A stretch of DNA of 51,429 nucleotides. It comes from an uncultured bacterium. GTDB lineage: Bacteria > Electryoneota > Electryoneia > Electryoneales > Electryoneaceae. The DNA lies in contig CAZYOC010000002.1 in the NCBI GenBank assembly GCA_964648415.1, positions 1 through 51,429 on the forward strand. Reading direction: 5' to 3'. Every line of letters starts with the position of its first letter. Position 1 is the stretch's first letter. The notes under the pieces are model-generated. The model did not search any database and was not told the DNA's origin. It worked only from the letters and a program-made list of their open reading frames with translations. Made by a program: the position numbers and the translations under genes. Below, piece after piece: positions 43,827 through 51,429 of this stretch.

Positions 43827-44340
43827 CGTTGTGTAGCCTCCCCTTGCTTACGCCCCTGTGGGGCTGGTTCCAACTTGCGCCGTCGCAATACGCGACGCTT
43901 TATGTATGATCGTTTGTTAACCTGTCACGGACGAAAGTAAGCACGAGAAACACAGAAAAACCGGATCTCAGAGAACTCCGCCTCTGACATCCGGCTGCCA
44001 GTCAGTCTGCCACTGATCACGTATCAGCTTGCTGTATTTTCTCATGAGGTGTCTGAATTCCTCACCCACCACGTTGCCCGCTCCTCGTCAATACCATTCA
44101 ACCCTGCTGTGGTGAGGCTCCCGATCGCTCCTTACCCCAACTCTGTGAAAAGGTTAACAAATATATTCAGATTGTGCTTCGCTCGCAACCCTGCCAACCG
44201 GTGCACATTCGATGCGACAGGAGTCTAACAGGTTGTTTTTAATAGCCTTAACCGCAAACCCTTGTCCGGCAACAAGATAACTCATCTCGCACTGTTATCC
44301 CTCCGGGGGGACAATAACCAATGTAATACACTCAGAGGAC

Positions 44341-45165
44341 TTACGCCAGTCCCCAGCCGGATAAGAATACGCGCATCCGCTCCGTGTGAGTCCCCTCCCA
44401 GTATAATTTGTCGCAGGTGCTGCAATAACGGTAGTTCGAGGGCTCCGGCCGCCGCGCCCGAACGCCATCGGGAGCTTGCTCATTCACCTGCTCCAGGTCG
44501 GCTGCTTCCAATGCCGTGTTACACTCCATGCAGCGTGAGAAAGGCTCGGCCCCCTCCCGGCCATAACGATCCAGCACCTCCCTTACCTGCTCGTCCGGGG
44601 CTCTGGAGAACAACAGCTTCCCCCACACCATCTCACGGTTCATGAGCAGTTTGTGGTCGGTGGTCAAGACAACTCGCTGTTGAGTTTTTGCGAGCCCGAC
44701 AATCTCGCCCTCCGGAGGTCGCAGCAGCAGGTATTCCACATCAAATCCACACAGGCGCAGATACTTCGCCAGTTGTCCCACAGGCTCATCCGCCAGGAAC
44801 CGGACGGGACTCGGCGACGCCGGTTGTAACAGCCGTGTTACGTTCTCGTCGAGGAAAGCGGCTCCAAACGGATAGGCCGCCACCCGCTCCCCACCTTTCA
44901 GGATCGTATCCCATCCTGTCGGCTCGCCATCAATGAGAAGCATGGCCACTTCGGTATGGGGAACGCCTCGCCCTTCGACCGCGTCCTTGACCGACGTCGG
45001 CGCGCTCAGCTCAAGGTGGATCTCCGCTTCCGGCTGCAAAGCCTTCTCCACCACGCCCGCGTCAAACCGGCAGCAGGTCGGCCCATCGGGTTGCGCTGCT
45101 CTTCCCCGCACCAGCTCGTTAAGTCCGCCGTAGAACCGCAAGGCAATCTGCATCTTCCACCTCAC
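44341..45165 (-). CDS. Mut7-C RNase domain protein (PIN-like, with Zn ribbon) and an N-terminal ubiquitin-like domain
   Basis: 'FLADEPVGQLAKYLRLCGFDVEY' and 'VVLTTDHKLL', followed by the Zn ribbon 'CMECN...CSTCDKLYWEGTH'. Confidence 0.75.
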   Translation of the reverse strand: MRWKMQIALRFYGGLNELVRGRAAQPDGPTCCRFDAGVVEKALQPEAEIHLELSAPTSVKDAVEGRGVPHTEVAMLLIDGEPTGWDTILKGGERVAAYPFGAAFLDENVTRLLQPASPSPVRFLADEPVGQLAKYLRLCGFDVEYLLLRPPEGEIVGLAKTQQRVVLTTDHKLLMNREMVWGKLLFSRAPDEQVREVLDRYGREGAEPFSRCMECNTALEAADLEQVNEQAPDGVRARRPEPSNYRYCSTCDKLYWEGTHTERMRVFLSGWGLA

Positions 45166-45310
45166 ATGCGCTGCTTATAACTGTTCTTTAAAGCCTGAGC
45201 GTTTCAGATCGGAGATGTCGAAAAACCAGTCGCTCCGTCCTGATAAAGCAAAGAACCCGCACTCTCGCGTGGGGCTGAACAATGCGCCACAACGAAGGTA
45301 AACGTTGACC

Positions 45311-45337
45311 AAGAAAAACGTCCCTGCAACAGGGACG
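45311..45337 (-). terminator. Rho-independent terminator in the trxB / Mut7-C intergenic region
   Basis: The minus strand reads 'cgtccctg-ttg-cagggacg' followed by 'tttttctt'. Confidence 0.65.
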
Positions 45338-45489
45338 AATAAAAAGTGCTCTGGAAAAAGAAGTTAGTGCCGGTTTCGATCCAGCTTGAGTGTTGAATCA
45401 CCGTTTATGGGGTGTTTGGCTCGACAGTTTACTGTCGGGTTTCAACACGAACGAGTCAACTGGATCTAAAGTGGCATTAGAGGCTGGGG

Positions 45490-46473
45490 TCACTGCCCCT
45501 CCATCCAGCGTTCACACTCGATCGCGGCCATGCAGCCGGTGCCGGCGGCGGTAATGGCCTGGCGGTAGACATTATCACGGACATCACCCGCAGCGAAAAC
45601 ACCTTCGATCTTCGTCTTCGAGGTACCTTTCTCCACTTCCAGGTAGCCGGTCTCATCCATGTCAAGCTGTCCGACAAACAGCTCGGTGTTCGGCTTGTGT
45701 CCGATGGCGATGAACAGCCCCTTCACCGGCAATTCGCTGATCTCTTCCGTCTTGAAATTCTTGATTTTCAGGCCCGTCAAACCGTCTTCACGAGAGCCCA
45801 GCACCTCCATCACGCCGCTATCCCAGATGAACTCGATCTTCTCATTGGCGAACGCCTTATCCTGCATGATTTTGGAGGCGCGGAGCTCGTCGCGGCGATG
45901 GATCACAAACACCTTTTTGGCGAAACGTGTCAGAAACGTGGCCTCTTCCATGGCGGTGTCGCCGCCGCCCACCACGGCGATCTCCATGTCCTTGAAGAAG
46001 GCGCCGTCACAGGTCGCACACGCGGACACGCCGAAGCCCTTGAAATCGGCTTCACCGGGCACTCCCAGCCATCTTGCGGTGGCGCCGGTGGCGATGATCA
46101 CCGCATCGGCGAGGATCTCTTCGTCCTCGACCCACAGCTTGTACGGACGTTCGTGCAGCAGGTCCACCCTCGTAACGTCTTCCTGCCTCAGTTCCGCGCC
46201 GAAACGGCCGGCCTGCTGACGCATCTGCTCCATCAAATCCGGACCGCTGATCCCCTCCGGAAAGCCGGGATAGTTCTCAACATCGGTTGTGATCATAAGC
46301 TGCCCGCCGGCGGCGAAACCTTCCATCACCAGCACCTTCAGATTGGCGCGGGAGGCGTAAATCGCCGAGGTCAATCCTGCAGGGCCACTTCCAATAATCA
46401 CAACCTGGTAATGCTTCGTCCCGCTGTCGTCTGTCTCCGGTTTGCCCGAATCCAAGGTGACACTCACGTCCAT
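45490..46473 (-). CDS. trxB: Thioredoxin-disulfide reductase
   Basis: ORF 45490..46524; the likely start is 'MDVSV' at 46473. Motifs 'VVIIGSGPAG', redox-active 'CATCDG' and 'VVGGGDTAMEEA'. Confidence 0.92.
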   Translation of the reverse strand: MDVSVTLDSGKPETDDSGTKHYQVVIIGSGPAGLTSAIYASRANLKVLVMEGFAAGGQLMITTDVENYPGFPEGISGPDLMEQMRQQAGRFGAELRQEDVTRVDLLHERPYKLWVEDEEILADAVIIATGATARWLGVPGEADFKGFGVSACATCDGAFFKDMEIAVVGGGDTAMEEATFLTRFAKKVFVIHRRDELRASKIMQDKAFANEKIEFIWDSGVMEVLGSREDGLTGLKIKNFKTEEISELPVKGLFIAIGHKPNTELFVGQLDMDETGYLEVEKGTSKTKIEGVFAAGDVRDNVYRQAITAAGTGCMAAIECERWMEGQ

Positions 46474-46486
46474 AAGAAACTCCTGT

Positions 46487-47224
46487 CTATGGTGTAGTCG
46501 TTGTTTTGTTTTCCACCGCCGCATGCAACAGGGTCAATGCGACCGGAACCGCCGTTTCGCTGCGCAATCTTCTTGGCCCCAGGGAAAGCCCGATCCAGCC
46601 CGCCTCTTTAAGGAACGCGATCTCGTCTTCATGCAGACCGCCCTCCGGCCCGATCAGGACCATGGCTTCGTCGCCGGAATGCAGTGTTCCGGGCGCTTCC
46701 CCTTCCGGGTCGCAATAATACCTGTGCTGCGTGTTGCCCTTTTCGATGCACCACGTTTGCAGGTGTTGCGCGTGGGAGATGCTCGGCGCGAGCCCTCGTC
46801 CCGTCTGCTTGGCGGCGTTGACTGCACGCTTTTCCGCTTTCGTCGCTCGCTGCGGTGACCATGAAGCGATCGAGTGCCTCATGGTCAACGGTGTGATCGA
46901 GTGTACGCCGGTCTGCACCGCCTGGTCGAGGGCGTCGAAAAAGCGGTCACCCTTCAGGATACCCAGGCCGAGGGCGATGCGGATTTGCGGCTCGCGCCAG
47001 TCGGGCGTTTTGTCGCCGAGACTGCAAATCGCCTCGTGTTTGGAGGCCTCCACAAACACAGCGTCCCAGGCGGACCCGCGCCCATCGATCAGAATAATCC
47101 TGTCGCCCGGATTGGCGCGACGCACCCTGGTCAGGTGATGCGCCTCCTCCGCGCGCAGCGTAGCACGGGCGCCTCCCTCGTCAACATCCCCCGGTTGCAC
47201 CCGGTATACTTCCACTTGCGCCAT
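46487..47224 (-). CDS. rsmE: 16S rRNA (uracil1498-N3)-methyltransferase
   Basis: ORF 46487..47272; the likely start is 'MAQVEVY' at 47224. Motifs 'EAHHLTRVRR', 'VLIGPEGG' and 'LGPRRLRSETA'. Confidence 0.85.
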   Translation of the reverse strand: MAQVEVYRVQPGDVDEGGARATLRAEEAHHLTRVRRANPGDRIILIDGRGSAWDAVFVEASKHEAICSLGDKTPDWREPQIRIALGLGILKGDRFFDALDQAVQTGVHSITPLTMRHSIASWSPQRATKAEKRAVNAAKQTGRGLAPSISHAQHLQTWCIEKGNTQHRYYCDPEGEAPGTLHSGDEAMVLIGPEGGLHEDEIAFLKEAGWIGLSLGPRRLRSETAVPVALTLLHAAVENKTTTTP

Positions 47225-47454
47225 GGGGAAAAGATAGAGACTCACAGATCGGTCCGCCACCATCCAATGCACCGAATCGCCTCCTCCGCGTTGTCTGGAT
47301 ACTTCGATGGGAGCTACCCGCCGTATTGCAATAATGGTCGTTTTCCCCTAGCTTGAAAAGTTTAGCGGGATGCAGGTGTTTGGCGGTTCAAACCCCGCCG
47401 CAATCCCTGATATAGCTAAACAAACCAGTCTTCCGCGCGATCAGGAGGAGTACC

Positions 47455-49071
47455 GTGATAGGGAACCAGGAAAGCGAAACCGCTCTTCGCACCATCCTCG
47501 AGGAGTGGGAAAAAGGAATCAATCCTCTGCGTGTCAAGGTCAAGAAAGCCGAATGGCAAGCTTTGGTCAGCGGCAAAGAGAAGGCCTTTGACGCCTTTGC
47601 GGAAGCTGAGCAGGTGCTGAAGTTCAAGTTGGGCAACCGGGAGTTGGTGGAAGACATCAGCAAACGATTGGCTGATACGGGTGTTCAGGATCTTACCATT
47701 CGTCGCTGGGCGCATCTCGCACGGTTGGAGATCGTCCCCAATTGCATTGAACAGGAAGTGCTCGGCGACCTGATCACGCGCCAGAAGAAAATCGACGCGA
47801 AGATCAACATCTTCCGGCCGGAGATCTCCGGTGAGACCGTGACCATGAACAAGGTCAACGACATCCTGCGTACCAGCAAGGACCTGGCGTTGCGGCAGGA
47901 GGCCTGGGAAGCCAGCAAACAGATCGGCCCCATGATCAACGAGGAACTGATCGAGTTGATCAAGGCGCGCAACCTGGCGGCGCGGTCCATCGGTTTTCCG
48001 GATCACTATCGGATGAGCCTGGAGCTTCAGGAAATCGACGAAGCCCGCCTGTTCAGCGCCCTGGGCCGGTTCGCTACGCTGAGCGAAGATGAGTATCGCC
48101 GGATGAAAGCCCGGCTGGACCGTCAACTGGCTGACCATTTCGACATTGATGTGACCGATCTGGAGCCTTGGCACTATTCCGACACGTTTTTCCAGGAAGC
48201 CCCCGGTTTCATCGCTGAAGAGAGCGACGCGGTCTACGCCAAGCAGGATACCCTGCGCTGGGTCAAGCGCTACTTCAAAAACATCGGTCTGCCCATCGAC
48301 GCCGTTTCCAACAATGGCGACTATGAAGAGCGCGCCGGGAAGTTCCCTCTCGCTCTGTGCAGCAACATCGACCGCAAGCACGACGTACGGGTGTTAATGA
48401 ACATTAAGAACAACACCTACTGGGCGGAAACTGCGCTGCATGAGTTCGGCCACGCGGTCTATGAGCTGCACTACGATCCCAGCCTGCCCTTCACCTTGCG
48501 CCAGCCGGCGCATGACTGTGTGACCGAGGGGGTGGCTATGTTCTTTGGTCGGCTCGCACGAGAGCCCGAATGGATGGCCATGATGTTTCGCCTGAAAGGC
48601 GACACGCTACGTAAGCTTTATGAACCCATGAAGGAGTGGCAGCGTTTGTCGCAAGCCATCCAGGCGCGTTGGACCCTGGTGATGTCCCACTTTGAACGAG
48701 GTTTGTACCGTGATCCCGATCAGGATCAGCAGGCGCGCTGGTGGGACCTGGTGGAACGGTTCCAGTTGCTGCGCGCGCCAAAGGGGCGCAGCGAACAGGC
48801 CGACTGGGCCGCCAAGATCCATATCGCCGGAGCACCGGTCTACTACCACAACTACATCCTGGGCGACTGGATCGCCAGCCAGCTCCATTTTGCCTTAATA
48901 CGCGACCTGAAACCGGAAGATCCCATCTGGGTCAACATGCCGCAATTGGGCGACTGGTTCAAGGAAAAGATCTTCAAGGAGGGCGGCATGTGGCACTTCA
49001 ACGAGTTGGTGCGCAACGCCACAGGGCACTCCGCGCGGCCCGACGAATTCACCGCCCAATTCCTGCGCTGA
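47455..49071 (+). CDS. Gluzincin metallopeptidase (HExxH; M2/M3-like)
   Basis: 538 aa with a GTG start. 'ALHEFGHAVYE' is the zinc motif. The downstream 'APVYYHNYILGDWIASQLHFAL' resembles ACE-like and M3 peptidases. The family assignment is approximate. Confidence 0.75.
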   Translation: MIGNQESETALRTILEEWEKGINPLRVKVKKAEWQALVSGKEKAFDAFAEAEQVLKFKLGNRELVEDISKRLADTGVQDLTIRRWAHLARLEIVPNCIEQEVLGDLITRQKKIDAKINIFRPEISGETVTMNKVNDILRTSKDLALRQEAWEASKQIGPMINEELIELIKARNLAARSIGFPDHYRMSLELQEIDEARLFSALGRFATLSEDEYRRMKARLDRQLADHFDIDVTDLEPWHYSDTFFQEAPGFIAEESDAVYAKQDTLRWVKRYFKNIGLPIDAVSNNGDYEERAGKFPLALCSNIDRKHDVRVLMNIKNNTYWAETALHEFGHAVYELHYDPSLPFTLRQPAHDCVTEGVAMFFGRLAREPEWMAMMFRLKGDTLRKLYEPMKEWQRLSQAIQARWTLVMSHFERGLYRDPDQDQQARWWDLVERFQLLRAPKGRSEQADWAAKIHIAGAPVYYHNYILGDWIASQLHFALIRDLKPEDPIWVNMPQLGDWFKEKIFKEGGMWHFNELVRNATGHSARPDEFTAQFLR

Positions 49072-49072
49072 T

Positions 49073-49720
49073 ATGACGATTGAATCCCTGACAGTAGGCA
49101 ACCTGGCGACCAACGCCCTGGTCGTGCATGACGGCGCGGTGGCGGTGATTATCGATCCCGGCGCGGAAGCCAACCGATTTGTACGCATTCTGGACCAGAA
49201 CCACCTTACCCTGTCCGCCATCCTCCTCACCCACGGCCACGCGGACCATATCAGCGCTGTAGGTACATTGCGCGAAGCTTATCCGGACGCGGTGGTGGTA
49301 TGCCATCCCGAAGATGCGCCCATGCTCCGTGACGGGCGCAAGAACCTGGCCATGTTTATGGGCGAGGAGCTGGATGTGGGCGCACCGGACAAGACGGTCG
49401 AGGATGGCGACTCGCTCACGTTCGGCGAAATGCACTTCAAGGTGCTCCACGTCCCCGGACACACACCCGGCCAGATCGCGTTCCTGTCCGAGGGCAACCT
49501 CTTCGCCGGCGACACCCTGTTCGCGGGCGGCGTGGGTCGCTGGGATCTGCCCGGCGGCGACGGCAAGCTGCTCTTCAAGAAGCTGCACGAGAAAATCATG
49601 AGCCTGCCCGATGATATCGTCGTCTGGCCCGGACACGGCCCCTCCACAACGGTAGGCCACGAACGCAAGCACAACCCCTATATGGACCCCTCGTTCGATC
49701 CGGATGCGGTCGGGCTGTAA
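49073..49720 (+). CDS. MBL-fold metallo-hydrolase (glyoxalase II-like)
   Basis: 'LLTHGHADHISA' (HxHxDH) and 'VPGHTPG'. Length is 215 aa. Its start follows the upstream stop by 1 nt. Confidence 0.85.
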   Translation: MTIESLTVGNLATNALVVHDGAVAVIIDPGAEANRFVRILDQNHLTLSAILLTHGHADHISAVGTLREAYPDAVVVCHPEDAPMLRDGRKNLAMFMGEELDVGAPDKTVEDGDSLTFGEMHFKVLHVPGHTPGQIAFLSEGNLFAGDTLFAGGVGRWDLPGGDGKLLFKKLHEKIMSLPDDIVVWPGHGPSTTVGHERKHNPYMDPSFDPDAVGL

Positions 49721-49737
49721 CCGGCTTGTTGCTGCTG

Positions 49738-50940
49738 CTACGCGCCGTACTTGGTCAGCTTATCCGCATGCGCCAGCGCCAGGGGCATCATGTGCATCAT
49801 CGGCATACGTCCCAGCCCGCCATACAATGCAGCGGTTTCACCGAATTCCGTCACCGCGTCGGTGCGAAGGTTGTTCCCCCACATCAGCATCGGCACCGGA
49901 TGCCAGGAGTGGCCCACCATCACAGCCGGGGTGGAATGGTCGCCGGTGATGATCAACACGTCGGGCCTGGCTTCCAGGATGGACGGGATCGCTTTGTCGA
50001 ATTCTTCAACCGCCTCCACCTTCGCGTCAAAATTGCCGTCCTCGCCGCGCGCATCGGTGTACTTGTAATGCACGTAGAAGAAATCGTAGCTGTCGCGGTA
50101 ATCCCCTACGGCCAGACAGCGGTTGACCAGGCTGGGGTCATCGTTGATGACGCTCATCCCTACCAGCTTCGCCAGGCCCCGGTACATGGGATAGTCCGCC
50201 AGCGCCGCCGCCTGCAGGCCAAACCGGTCGGCCATCGAAGGGATCGGAGTTTTCGCTGCGAAGCCGCGCAACAAGGCGCCGTTGGCTTTCTCCTCCTCAT
50301 CGAGGATACGCCTGGCCTGCTGGCCGAACTCGTCCATTAGACGTGCCGTGCGGGCCGCGTTTTCAGCCAAAGGCTTGCACTTCAACGGCGGAACGCCGGT
50401 GCGCTGAGGGTCGGTATCCATCAACTTGGCGTTCAGTTTCTCGCCTCGCAACACCAACAGGAAACGGTGATCCTTAACCGAGCGCACGAACACCTGGACA
50501 CCGCCGAGGTCGATCTCCTCTTCCAGCTTCTTACAGAGCGGTTCGGATTCCGAAGTTGGAATGCGTCCCGCGCGCCGGTCGGTGACATTGCCGTCATCGT
50601 CGAGGGTGCAGAAATTCCCGCGAGCGGCGACATCGCCCTCCTGGATGTCGAAACCGGTGCCGAGCGCCGCCAGCAGGCCGCGTCCGACATTGTTTTCGAT
50701 TGGGTCGTACCCGAACAGGGCCAGGTGCGCCGGGCCGGAGCCGGGCGTGATGCCGGGACCGATGGGATCCAGCAGGCCGGAAGCGCCCTCACGCGCCAGT
50801 TGGTCCATGTTGGGAGTGTCGGCGGTCTCCAGTTCCGTTTTTCCGCCCGGCGCCTGCGGCAGACCGCCCAGGCCGTCGGCCACCAGCAGAACGATGCGCT
50901 TGTCGCTGCTGACTACCTGGTTTTCCGTTATGAGACGCAT
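49738..50940 (-). CDS. apgM: Cofactor-independent phosphoglycerate mutase, archaeal/ApgM type
   Basis: ORF 49738..51192; the likely start is 'MRLITEN' at 50940. Motifs 'LLVADGLGG', 'IITGDHSTP' and 'HS' metal ligands. About 400 aa, typical for ApgM. Confidence 0.8.
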   Translation of the reverse strand: MRLITENQVVSSDKRIVLLVADGLGGLPQAPGGKTELETADTPNMDQLAREGASGLLDPIGPGITPGSGPAHLALFGYDPIENNVGRGLLAALGTGFDIQEGDVAARGNFCTLDDDGNVTDRRAGRIPTSESEPLCKKLEEEIDLGGVQVFVRSVKDHRFLLVLRGEKLNAKLMDTDPQRTGVPPLKCKPLAENAARTARLMDEFGQQARRILDEEEKANGALLRGFAAKTPIPSMADRFGLQAAALADYPMYRGLAKLVGMSVINDDPSLVNRCLAVGDYRDSYDFFYVHYKYTDARGEDGNFDAKVEAVEEFDKAIPSILEARPDVLIITGDHSTPAVMVGHSWHPVPMLMWGNNLRTDAVTEFGETAALYGGLGRMPMMHMMPLALAHADKLTKYGA

Positions 50941-51220
50941 GGTGTAGCTCCTTTCCTGCAAAGCGAAACTGCCAGGGCCGCGCAACAGGGCGAGACGTCT
51001 GACAGGGATGTAGCTTGTTGTAAACCCTTCCGGGTTGATAAGGGAATAAACGGCAATCGTAAAACCAGGGTGCGCGCAAGAAAACAACGCGTTCAGTTTG
51101 TACGCATGCCCTCCGCGATGCCTTTCCATCGCTGATTGTGATGTCAGACCACCCCAAAGCGCACAGCATACGGGCCTTGCCGCCAGCACCAAAATTGTGT
51201 TGAGCGCACGGTTTTCGTGG

Positions 51221-51429
51221 TTAACATTCTGTAGTATATGAACTTATCTGGATTCCTGCCTTCCAGACTGTCGCAGAATCAAACCCACTCTCATTCCCGC
51301 GAAGGCGGGAATCCAGGCAAGATGCAAGAATACAATAAGTTAGCAATTCAGAACCAGAGTAGTGTTCAATAGGGAGTTTTTATGGTTAACATGTTGTAGT
51401 ATATAGACATGACTGGATTCCCGCCTTCG
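51221..51429 (-). repeat. Family-1 element: a partial copy plus copy C with its core inverted, truncated by the window end
   Basis: 51221-51262 is the tail of one copy. It is followed by 'ttccagactgtcgcagaat' and the hairpin 'tctcattcccgcgaaggcgggaatcca' (51290-51316). Then comes a core equal to the reverse complement of the copy A/B core (~88% identical to the reverse complement of copy B by eye), and finally 'ctggattcccgccttcg' cut by the window end. Confidence 0.9.

Noticed and set aside
42576-43940. 454-aa plus-strand ORF
   Set aside because: It is antisense to icd, which aligns along its full length to known isocitrate dehydrogenases. The same reasoning rejects 2413..4155 (-), 9212..10168 (+), 19607..20581 (+), 22971..23795 (-), 45697..46497 (+), 47416..48381 (-), 49049..49672 (-), 49726..50340 (+), 50467..51135 (+) and 8036..8889 (-).
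45268-45480. 'gtggggctgaac' resembling a tmRNA 5' end, and 'ggatcgaaaccgg' (minus strand) resembling a tRNA T-arm
   Set aside because: There is no acceptor-stem partner or CCA-proximal 3' end, no tag-peptide reading frame, no cloverleaf could be drawn, and the region is too short for tmRNA.
1-51429. Circular closure of the window through the terminal repeats
   Set aside because: The two terminal repeat fragments are in opposite element orientations. They do not overlap into a single continuous copy ('...ctggattcccgccttcg' versus 'ttccagccttcgctggaatgag...'). The gene content is chromosomal housekeeping.

Overview
This is a GC-rich (about 60% by eye) bacterial chromosomal window. It probably comes from an uncultured FCB-superphylum-type organism, inferred from T9SS type-A C-terminal sorting domains and a PorV homolog. 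I support about 35 protein genes. They include housekeeping genes (icd, trxB, rsmE, apgM-type phosphoglycerate mutase, glutamate decarboxylase, a DnaB-like helicase), two PAS/REC histidine kinases and several lipoproteins.

Five things stand out.

1. Selenoprotein gene, 7495-8814. It is hidden from the ORF track by an in-frame TGA at 7654-7656, which replaces the first Cys of a thioredoxin WCGPCK motif (giving T-U-G-P-C-K). An 8-bp hairpin starts 10 nt downstream and is a candidate SECIS. The product is a lipoprotein with a thioredoxin-like domain fused to TPR repeats.

2. Eight-gene minus-strand operon, 23770-42293. It couples a 1279-aa TonB-dependent receptor carrying a ~260-aa Ca-binding-type repeat insertion, two paralogous beta-helix surface proteins, two T9SS-CTD cargo proteins, its own PorV-like barrel, lipoproteins and a polytopic membrane protein. 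It has no SusD and no enzyme domain I can recognise. This is the best candidate for an undescribed surface system.

3. Strongly AT-rich orphan gene, 15225-16520. Its C-terminus looks like a degenerate ImmA/IrrE (M78) domain. Miniature inverted-repeat elements lie on both sides of the segment containing it.

4. Two families of dispersed non-coding repeats. Family 1 is a hairpin element with compensatory stem changes, and the window starts and ends inside copies of it. In one copy the core is inverted relative to a conserved flank. Family 2 is a ~108-bp MITE-like element present in three copies.

5. GAPDH-fold protein, 5266-6264. It lacks the catalytic Cys and the GxGxxG motif.

All function calls come from motif recognition by eye. 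No searches were run.
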